NCBI GenBank assembly: GCA_001642005.1
Contig: LWCA01000096.1
Span: 1-55,349 of the forward strand
Reading direction: 5' to 3'
Length of the DNA stretch: 55,349 nt
Origin: Intoshia linei
Lineage: Eukaryota; Animalia; Orthonectida
Shown here: positions 1 through 11,400 of the stretch, in pieces
Numbering within the stretch: position 1 is the stretch's first letter
Layout: every line of letters starts with the position of its first letter
Position numbers and translations under genes: made by a program
The notes under the pieces: generated by a model
Told to the model about the DNA's origin: nothing
Seen by the model: the letters and a program-made list of their open reading frames with translations, nothing else
Databases searched by the model: none

Positions 1-1865
1 GTAATAACAAACATAAATCAAATACAGGTATGTCTCAATTTTTTTCGGAAAATCTCGGTAAATTATTAAATATCCCGTGAATTTTGTCCCGGTTTTTTTC
101 CCGGCACAATCTACACAGGACGAAATGCATTTACAGTTTTTCAACTATTTTGTGCTATTAGCTACTTTTTAAATTTTTTATAATTTTCACAAATGTTTAT
201 TAAAAAAAATATTCTCAATTTGCCAATAGATGATCCAAAATTTGATAATAAATAAATGAGAACGTGAAAATTTCAATTGATTTTATTACCTGGATTATAA
301 AATGAAAAATTAAATGAAAAAAGTATAATAAAAATCACCGGACCACTAATAAATTTTTGTAATATTGCATTTATATGGAGAAAATAATAGATGAGAAATA
401 CAAAAATTTTTTTTGTGTGCATATGTCTATGGCTATCAACCAGTGGCGAACGTACCATTCCCAAAACTCTCTTCGGGGCTCGATGAAATTTTTGTAAAGA
501 GGAGTTTCATTTTTCCCAATTGAGCGTTAAAAAATTATATTCTTGAATATTATAACTACATTTCGTGTTTAAAATTTAATTTGTGTCAAATTAAGAGCCT
601 TGGATAGATGGATAGGGCTGTATAACACTATGTATCTTTGAAATTTTTTTAAGTGGCTTCTTTTTCAGTTTCAAGGTCACCTCGAGCTTGATAGTTTCAG
701 CACTGTTACTAATTCTTTTATTTTTTCGAAGTTTGATTTCAGTAATGAAGATAATCATTTAAAGTAAATATCATAAAAATTATTTAGCTATATTTACGTT
801 TAAACCAATCACGGATGTCATAAATTGGGGAAATGAAGGAAATGTAAATGTTGACCAAAACACAATGAAAATAGATACTTGCATGTCAATTAATCAAATA
901 ACATGTAAAAACATAAAAAAATGTGAATGGAAAAAGAATAATTGTATTTATATAGGTATTAATTTTAATTTTTGCATGAAATTATAAAAACACAAAAAAT
1001 AATTTAGGTACTACTCAAACGTTTTGTTTTGATTTTGCTAAAGAAATTATAAAATCCTGCAAAAAAGATAAATTCTTTAAGAGATGTAAAATAATGGATT
1101 TTATTTGCATCAATAGAGGTACAATTATTCTACTATACTAGGTTGACTGTTATGTACTACGTACAAACAGCACCTAGCTCTATCGAGGGCACATTTTTAT
1201 TCTACCAAAAAAATAAATTTACGTTGAAAATATAATTTACAAATCCTACTATTCACTATTATCAATGCTTTAAAGGAGTGGTTCCCAAACTTGTTTCAGG
1301 TGGAACCGTCATATCACATTACTTTTTACTTTAAAGTGAATTGCCATATCTTAATTTTGTTTTTTTAACATTTGCGTAAAGAATTTTAAAAATAATTGTT
1401 ATCCCATTTTTTTAATTTATTAGACAGAATGTTTGTATAATATTAAAAATAAAGTAAAAACAGTCTAATCCTAAAAATTGTCATAAATAGCATAAATTCC
1501 AGAAAAAATAAAATTATAAATTTAAACCTATTTTGTTGTATATTGTCTATTTTTGTTTCTAAAAAAAAGGACAATTGGGCTTTTTGACCCGTAAAATGTG
1601 AGTTTGGGAGGTTGAAATTGATTTTGCTAACACCCGGAAAAAACTGTAATTGAAATATGGACTTTATAAAATTCTAAGACTGGTACTTATTGAAAGAAAC
1701 TGTAACACACTCACAAACAAATATTGCCTAGCATATTATATAAGTAAGGATATACAATATTTGAGTAGTTTATAATCATATTTTTTAGGTCAGAAAATAA
1801 AATCAAATGTATTTTTATATACATGTATATTGTTATTGTTTGTAACATATTATTTCATAAATTAA
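1..1865 (+). CDS. 5'-partial Cys-rich protein with C-terminal hydrophobic tail (possible GPI-anchored/surface protein)
   Basis: Phase-consistent GT-AG exons 1-27, 669-741, 788-955, 1008-1118, 1789-1865 give ...DTCMSINQITCKNIKKCEWKKNNCIYIG-TTQTFCFDFAKEIIKSCKKDKFFKRCKIMDFICINRG-QKIKSNVFLYTCILLLFVTYYFIN*. Family not recognised. Confidence 0.6.
1138..1750 (-). mobile_element. Non-autonomous Helitron, short copy, in an intron
   Basis: On the - strand it starts A|TCCTTAC and ends CAACCTAG|T with no TSD. Hairpin ctgtt-a-tgtac-tac-gtaca-aacag lies just inside the CTAG end. Homologous to copies at 34448, 45787 and 51654. Confidence 0.85.
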
Positions 1866-2056
1866 TGTCATTAATCTCTATTAGATTGTATTTTAATTAA
1901 ATGTACATTTAATATTTTTTATAACGATTTAATTTTTTATTATCAATTAGATGAATTTAAAAGTTTTTAAAATGGTATCAACAAATTTAATCAAAATTAG
2001 TCCATGTCTATCTGATCCAGATAAAATATTAGTCAGATTCAATTGTATATTTAAAA

Positions 2057-2352
2057 AGGCTTGTATTTATCGCGTCAGTATTTTAATCCGTAAAGTGTCA
2101 GTAGAAATATTGAATTGTCAATTGATATAATGGATCTTCAGTATTTTAGGTGACAGTTGACAAGGTGTCAGTATAAATAATTGATTGTCAGTATTTAAAT
2201 TGAAAGGGCAGTAAAAAAAATTATTTTGTCAGGACTTTAAATATACTGTCAGTATTTAAATTAAAAATTGACAAAAATGTAATTGAATACTGACAAAGTA
2301 CATTTTATTACTGATATTTTAATATTTATACTGACAAATAAAATACTTCCCA
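2057..2352. repeat. ~20-bp-period TGTCAGTA array that flips orientation (MITE/foldback-like)
   Basis: About 10 forward TGTCAGTA-like cores between 2073 and 2254, then about 4 reverse TACTGACA-like cores to ~2336. The ends are imperfect inverted repeats. Confidence 0.6.
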
Positions 2353-3672
2353 TTTAAAAATCACAGCCACAGAAATGTTTTTATAAATTGATCAAAATGT
2401 ACAATGTAATTCCAAAGATTTTAATAATATTATTAACAAAAATGTGTACATTAAATCACAATGTGCATAATACGTTACGTATAACGAATCAACCAATTTA
2501 AAAGCGTTTCAATGAAATAAATTATGTACGTAAAATAAGTGGGTGTAAAACCAATGAAAATTAAAAGTTACGATCAACAAATTATCAAAATTGTTCTAAT
2601 TAACACTTGATACATGTATACTTTTGTTCGGATGCAAGTTAATCCTTTCATTTCATAATAAATATCAATTAAACATATGCGTCTTTAATCTTAAAGCTAT
2701 TCAACTATCCTTAACAATTTTTCAATTTCATGTGGGAATTATATATCAATGGAAAGAAATATCAAGTCTGCAGTTAAAATAACCAAAACTCAACAATATA
2801 CTTTTATCCGAAAGAAATTAATTATTCTTAAACTAGGTACATTGTAATATAAATTTCATTGAGAACTGCAATGGCAAATGCTGTTTATTCTACATTTGGT
2901 ATAGATAATTTGATTATATTTTACATTTTAGATAATACCTTTACGACAACCAGACCTAAAACCGGCTAAGATTTTTGGAAATGTAGGACAATAAAATTAA
3001 AAAAATTGAAAATTTTTTTCAAGTTTACTAGTATATAAATAAAGCCTAGTTAACCCGTACTCGATTATTATAGTCAAATGTATGCAATGATTCCGTTATG
3101 CCGTAAAAAAAATTTATTCTTATGATTTTCATGTAAAACTTTATACATGTATTGTATTCGACAATTTTCAATGTTTCAAGATAAATAAATAAAATATTTT
3201 TGGAAAATTGGCCCATCATTTCTCAAAATTGAACATTTAAAAAAATGTATATTTTGAAATATCATAGCTGTCAAGTCTAATTTGGTGGGAGGTAGTTAGG
3301 GCTATATTGCATCACACAAACAGTATTTTCCAAAATTTCGTAAAACTTCAGTTAGTAATAGGCTTCATTATAAAAGTTGTAGTTGTTGTGTTTTTTAACA
3401 TGTTTCATATTTACAATCATCTTGATAGGATCAATTCATTTCAATCATATCGTATAAATATATTTCAATAAGTTTCGACATCTTCAATAACGAAAAATAA
3501 AAAAATTTTAGTATAGAATGTAGTATAGTATAGAATAAATAGAATGTTTCAAATTTTTGAAAAATTAAAAAGATTGAAAATATTCAATTAATTAAAATGT
3601 TTATTATGAAGAAAAAATGTTTAGATATAAAATCTATGACAAACAAATAAAACAAATTTGATTGACGACCAA

Positions 3673-6600
3673 ATGGGTAAATTATATAAAAACTAATTAA
3701 TTATTAAATCAAACTACTAATTAAAAAACTTAATTTAGATAAAAGTTTTGATTTATCCGATAATAATTCATTAAATGATATTTTTGAAGACGACGATTGG
3801 TTAAATTTTGATGATGAAAAAATCACTCAAGATAAAAAGCCTTTAAATGAACCAAATGTACCTGTAAATTTAAATCAAAATATAAATTCAAAATTAAAAA
3901 ACACACAAGATAGCCATATAAAAGACAGTTTAACGAAAAAATCTATAATTGAACCAAAATTAAATAAAAATTTTGAATTTGAAAATAAAAAAATTAAAGA
4001 AATTAATCAAGCTCCGTCCAATTCTGTCTTGAAGAATGATGATTTTTTGTCTAATGAATATAATTTTGTCGATAATAATAACACTGTTAATCACGAAATT
4101 AAATTCAATGTAGACGATGATGAATTTTTTCAATCAACTTTAAATGCTTTAAACAAAGGTTTTGAAAGCTTTCAAAAAATTCATTATTAATGACTTGTTA
4201 TATTTTAGATAAACCAAAAAATAATGATAATTTCAAAATTACGAAAAATGAACCACATACATTGCAAAAATCAACAATTAAATCAAAACCGGTGAAGAAT
4301 ATTGATGATGACGATGAATTAAATGCAATATTAGGAATTGGATCATTGACTAAAGCGTAATTCTAAAAAAATAAAAAACCACCCACTGTTTTAATTAATA
4401 AATTAATCATTCAATTTCAAATTCAAATTAAATACCTCAATTCCAATAACTTTATCTGATAAATGATATTAACATAATATGACGATAACAGATTACAATT
4501 TTAAAATATTACCTGTTCCAATTTATTATAAATTGGCGCAATTTAAAAAAATTTATTGACTTTTTGAATTATTTTCGTTTAAAGATTTAATTTAATGTTT
4601 TCGTATCAACTTTTAAAAATTAATATAATTCAAATTAATAAATTTTAATTACAACATTAATAGTCTTAAACAGCATATTGAATAAGTCAGCATTAATGAA
4701 TATATTTGGAACTATTTGTACAACTTTCAAGTTACCATCTTTACTATAATATTTTTACCGCAATTTTGAAAATTATTATACACAAGTTATTTGCAGGATA
4801 TCTATATTTATATTTATATAAAATTTTAAATTATTAATCAATATTTAAAATTTTTTTATTACTTTTTAATTTAGAAGTCAAAAAATTGAAAAAATAAACG
4901 ATTATAATTTTGAAATTGACAAAAAAGAACAGAAAGGTGTTATAGTCAATGATCAACTTGATGGAAAAAAATCAAATCAAAACCTATCGGAAACTAGTGT
5001 ATCCGAAATTATCAAATTTTCTCAACAAAATTTCGATGAACAAAGAGATATTTTAAACGACCTTTCAAGGTAATTATATCATTTTATATTTAAATTTATT
5101 TTATTTTATTAGAAAACGGATTGAATTTATTGAATCAATATACCGAGAGCAAGAATCGATGTAATTTTGATACTAATACAATTGTAATGTAAATAACAAA
5201 AAAATATAATTCAAAATACGAAAAATGGGAGATAAATATATTTTAAAATATTAAATTAAATGCTTATTCACATTATTATAAATCGACCTTATTTAAATTT
5301 TTCATTAAACATTAAAAGTTCTGGAATTTTTTACTACATTTTTTATTAAAAATAAAAAATTATCATTAAAAATTTGATTGCATAAATTAATGAAAATTTT
5401 CTGTGAATAACTAAAAATCTAAATAAATTTGAATAACATATTACAATAAATCTCAGACATATCAAAATACTTATTACTGTAATAATTACATGAAATTGAT
5501 TGTTTACCAAAATTTCGATTTACGGGAAATTTGAGGAAAAGAGATTTTACCTTAAATTAAGGGTTGGTAAAATTGACTTTTTTATTTTTGGGTTGGATTA
5601 AAAGGTTTCTATAAAATCATAAGAAGGGTTTTACATAAAGGGCTTAAAATGGTATTTTTTATTAAATATTATTAAATTTTATTAATGGTGCGATAAAAGT
5701 CAAATTTTTAAAATAAGAATTTAGCGGTCATTTAGGCTTTAGGATAAAATTACATCTGGCAACTCTGCAATAGTTTATGTTACAAAAATAAAAAATTTTT
5801 TAATTTTACTGGTAGTAAAAACAGAAATGCTGGTATAATTATATTATAATAAATAAAAATAATAGCGAAATTTTGTTAGATAAACTTTTAAAAACAACTG
5901 AATTAGATGGTCGGTAGAAAACTTTTTTCAGCGCTACACGGTTGGAGTCAAAAAAATTCTAAATTACTTATTGATTTGGAAGAGTAGGTCCGTTATCTGA
6001 CCCCTAATCCTCTCCTTGGTTTGATGGCGAGTCATTTTATTAATTTTGACGCAACATTTATAATTGACATTTGTATTTAGTCACATTGACACAATAGAAA
6101 AATTGAAGAATCTAATACAAAATAAAAACCAAGAAATTATTAATTTGAATGAATCGAAAAAATTAATAAATGAGAATTTGGAAAATTATTTCAATAAAGA
6201 AAAAAGGTTAATTTCTAATTTTTTTTGTCATATAATTGAAAAAAATAATTTTAGTGATAAAATTATACAAATACGACAAGAATTTTCTCAAGAAATTGAA
6301 TTAATCAAAGATTTTTATTCTAAAAAAATTGAATGCTTGACGTTAACAGAAAACAACGACTTGTAATTAAAATAGGCATAAAATAATCAGTATTAACAAC
6401 CCATTAAATTCTATCATATAAATAGGGTGGTTAATTTTCAGCAGGCATTGAATTTTGAGATATATTTTAGTCCACTAGATTTTTTCAATTCAGCAAACCA
6501 ACAAATGTATAACTGGAATGTGACCCGAACCTTAAATGCCCATAACACAATATACAATGTAACATGAACATTGTTCATGTTTGTCTGGAATTTTTAGGAA

Positions 6601-8416
6601 CAAAATATAATTAAAAAATTTATTTATAATGACAATAAATCAATATTTTTAAACTTAAACGATGCTTATTTAATTAAACTAATAATTAATTTATAATTTG
6701 GTACATAGAGGCCATTTTTAAGTAGGATAAGACCAAATGGTCGATCCCATTATTTTTATTCGTAAAATAATATTTAAAAATTTTTCTAAAAAACCAAGAT
6801 TTAAAAAAATAACTCAAACTCAGAGATCAACATGTGTACTAAAAATTCAACCAAAATTAAAATTAAATTAAATAAAAATTGTTTTATTATGTCTAAATAG
6901 AACGCTGGTATCAGCATCAAATTGCCTAGAAAAAAACACAAATATGCTAGAACAATTATATAATATAATCTCCCAAAAATCTGAGAATTTAACAATTGAA
7001 GAAAAAAAACAAGTCGAATCACGCGATAAAATATTTAAATGTACTAATTACTACTTATAATTATAATTGCAAAATTATTACTAAAATACTTATTTTAGTA
7101 TACGAAAATAATTTTGAAAAATTAAGTGAAACTTTTAAAAAAGAAAAAAGTGAGTGGACCGAAAATATGAACAATTTGAAACAAGAATTAACTAAAACAA
7201 TTATATTAATGAATGAGGTATTTGGTATTATTTATTAATATATTTTTAAAAAAAGGAAAAATTTAAATGTCAACAAAAACAATCAAACTTTGAAATGGAT
7301 TTGGAAAATTTAGATAACAAAAAAAAGCAAATGGATAACGAATTTGTAAAACAGTGTGAATTTTTATCAAATGAAAAGGTTCATCAAATATATTTTAAAT
7401 TTTATATTTCATAGAACAAGATATTGGTGCTTCAAAAAGATAATTTTCAGAATTTAAATGCAGAAAAAATTAAATTTGACGAATATAAAATGGAATTTGA
7501 AACCAAACAACGTATTTCCATCAATGAATCTCAAAAGTTACATGAACTGTCTAATCAGGTATACAAATGTAATATTAAAAAAGAGTAATTAAAATTATTT
7601 AGAAACACGCTGAAGTTGAAGGGTTATTAAAATCTTTATACAAAGAAAAAGAAAGTTTAATACAACGAGAAAGTCATATCAGTTTCGAAAAAAATAGATT
7701 GGAAATTAAACAATCAATGGTATCTCAAAACATTCAAAAACTCAAAATTGAGCAGGAATTACATTCCAGAAAAGTTGCTGAAATTGAAAAGAAATGCATT
7801 GATCTCGAAAACATGTCTATTGTAAATTTTAAAAAAATATTATTCTTTTATTTTGCTCATTAAATTAAACAGGAAATTACAAATTTAAAACAAAGAAATG
7901 TCGATTGTAGTGCTGAAAATAAAAATAAACAAAATGAATTAAAATTACTCGAAAATCAACTTAAAAAATGGGAAAGTCAACTCATTTCTAAGGAAAATTT
8001 ATTAAACGAAGTATTTCTAATAACAATAATAATTATTATTCTAATTATCTATATTGAATACTTTTTAAATAAAATTTAGAAATATTGCAACATTGAAAAA
8101 CGAGAATCATGTCTAAATTCTGATATAAAAAATTCCATTTGTATCAATTGTCATAGGCCAAATAATGAAAATGTTATTGCACCACGTTTTTTCGAAAAGA
8201 GTCAAAGTTTTGAAAAAAATATTTCATACACCATAGACACGTTTGATCAAATAATTCAATTAAAAAACGATATAGATTCCAAAAACGTATTTTTAATCTT
8301 TTAAAATTGTAACTAAATTAGAATTAATTTTTCATGTAATTTTCTTTATTTTAAAAATTTAGAATGAATATCATGATACAAATAAAGAAGACATATTTCT
8401 CAAATCGTTACATTAA
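3673..8416 (+). CDS. Multi-exon coiled-coil protein, FBF1 (ciliary transition-fibre protein)-like
   Basis: ATG-G exon 3673-3676 splices to 3739 (MDKSFDLSDNNSLNDIFEDDDWL...). A low-complexity N-half is followed by long E/K/Q coiled-coil exons (6081-8010), a CINC motif near 8140, and the ending ...KEDIFLKSLH*, resembling the FBF1 E..FLETL tail. The gene is well supported; the identity is tentative. Confidence 0.5.
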
Positions 8417-8463
8417 TATTAATAATGAATTAAATATTTTGGTATTTTGAGTTTATTTACAAT

Positions 8464-11400
8464 TTATGTACAATTTTCTATTTTCGTATTGTGCAATAAA
8501 ATGCCCAAAAAGTTTCCTCTATTTTTAAAATTTTTTTCTAGATACATAATTTCAGTATTTAAAGTGTCTAATTTGCAAAGCTAAAAAGGATTTATTAATA
8601 AAAATAATAATGTATAATAACCAGACTAAATTTTTGTAAATGAAAATTTGCATGCAATAGTCGATCCCAATTATAGTGAATAGTACAATCACTTTTATAG
8701 TTGCGACAATTTCTTAAATTAAATTTTAAATTGTTATCGCTAAGTGGATAACCACATATTTCATATGGTACAACCTGAAAATTGATGAAAATAAAATATA
8801 TAGAATAATGTAGTGATAATTAATTTATTTCAACAAATTTTGAAAATTACAACAAAATCAACAATTTAACCTCTATCAATTAAAAATTTTTTATAAAATT
8901 AAAAACCCCGTATCAAATCATGACTTCAAAATTAATGCAAGTCTTATACATTAGTCGCACATTTAAATTGTTAATATTTGGAACACGTACTTTTTTATTT
9001 GAGAACCACTGATTTACTGTTAATAATTTAATTTATTAAAATTAAATTTTACTTGCTCTTTGTAATGTTCTGGGCACATTAATTTTAAACGTTTACAATA
9101 CAATTGTGAAGATTCCATGTAATGGTTGCAAATAACGTCACTGATTATTTTTTCGCATTTGCAAAATGTACCAAACCTATAACCCGATTCCGCCTATTTA
9201 TATTACGTATTATTAATGACTCTTTAAAAACTTTTATTATACATTTTAAAATACTAAATTAATAAACACATAAAATTACTTTAGCATAGCATTTTTGAAA
9301 ATGTTTTTGAGACTGAGATATTTGTAAATCGTGTCCACAAATAAAACAAATAATTTCCTGGTTATCTTCTTCAGTACACTAAAAATATAATAAATTGATA
9401 TTTGTAAAAATAAATACGCTGGGTTCCTCGTATTTTAATTTTTTAAATTTATCAATTTGATCTAGTTTTTGTTGACACATTTTGTCAATGTGATCCAATT
9501 TTTGTTGACAAGTTTCTCTTTTCCGTAAAAGATTAGATATTTTTTTATTAAATTTATCGTTGTCAGATGGTAAATCTTTCCAGTTTTGTAATCGTTCTGG
9601 AAGAATGCATTCAATTCTTCTAATTTAATTTAATTTAAATTTTGATAAATATAAGGTCCATTTTTCGGAAAATTTATTTACTCAATATTAAAGTTAATAA
9701 CGTTAATTTTAAAATACGTTTTCGACTAATTTTACTTATTTATAATATGCTATGCAATATTTGTTTTGTGTGTGTGTTATTTTTTTAAATAAATGTTATT
9801 CTTAGAAATTTATAAACTCCACATTTCAATTACAGTTTTTTCCGGGTGTGTTAGCAAAATAAATTTCAACCTTCCAAACTCACATCCTACGGGTCAAAAA
9901 CCCCAATTGTCTCTTTTTTTTTTTAAAATTAAACGAGTTTGAGAATTTTAAAAAAATATATACTCTGATACTGATTATAAAATCAAAAATTTAAATTTAA
10001 AAAAAATATATATCTCCAGAGGCCAAAACCCTAAATTACCTTTTTTTTTAATGAAAACAGCTGTAGAATTAAAAAAAATTTACAGGTGGTACATAAGTAT
10101 CTTGTTAACAAACACAAAAAATTTCAATTTGAATCAGTGACGCCTTCATGGTTAAAAAAGCATTTTAGTATTCATACATTTTTTTTCCGAAATATTTTAT
10201 TAAAACAAAAAATGTGAAATCATTGACGGTCCGAAAATTAAAAAAAAAAAAAATTTTTCTAATAGAGCTTAATCTAGTTAATATAAATAAAAAATTTCAA
10301 CCCCAGAAATCTACGCATTCGTGGTTAAGAATAATTTTGAATATATTATCAACCAATATTTTTTAAATATTTCGATTAAAATAAAAATTGAAAATATTGA
10401 TCCTACAATTTCAAAAAAATTAACCTAGCAAGCCCGATGCCACCAAAAATTAAAAATAGACCCCTAAAATAAAAATTAGCAAACTAATTAACAATATCGT
10501 TAGGATATTTAATAATATAATTATTTTAATGCTCAATTTGGTAAAATTAGTGCCCATTATACAACAATTTCGTCTAGGCCACCAAAAGGGATATCGGTAC
10601 GGTAGGTTCGGCACTGATTGTATCATTACTTTAATGCCACTTTAATTCCGCATTCATCGCAACTAAAATACATAAAAATAAATATAGGTTAGAACTCTAG
10701 TAATAAGTAAAAAAAGTCCTACAATTTAAAATTCAGGTTACAATTTGTCAACTGGGACGTCCATTCTCTGAACGATATAATCACCGATTTCACTAAATTA
10801 TCATATCATTGATTAGTTCACGAAATTTGTGGGTTCCTTTATTCATATTTTAATTATGTTATATTCATAATTTTGGTCCCAAAATTGTCTTTAATCTTTA
10901 AAAATTGGGTAACAAACTTCCCTTAAAAACTCTAAAAAATTATCTTAAAATCTTTAAAAAAAGGTATAAAAAATATTCCCTTCAAAACCGTACAAAATTT
11001 TGGTCAAGTTTAAATTCAATAAACCTGGAAGAAACCACAAAAATATTGTCAAAATATAAACACGTTAATTAATTAACACAATCGATGATTATATCGCTCT
11101 AAGACAGTGATGACAAGACTTTTTAGTTGGTGCGTCAAAATTTTTTTTGCTGTTTACTTTTCTAGTTGCGTGTCACTGTTAAATGATAAATAATTTTAGG
11201 TATGTATACTTTTCTATTATTACACCCTTCTGAGTTAATTTTTCAACACCATATTAAAAATTTCAAATAAGCTTTTTACCAGCGTGTCATATTTTTGCCA
11301 TCACTGCTCTAAGATGTATCACTCTAGCAATACATTCCTCAATTAAATTTGAATTAAATTTTCATAATATGTATAAAATATATATTTAGAAACGTCCACT

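Noticed and set aside
2836-2969. Mini two-exon ORF MANAVYSTFDNTFTTTRPKTG*
   Set aside because: A plausible 33-nt intron is present, but the ORF is too short and unsupported.
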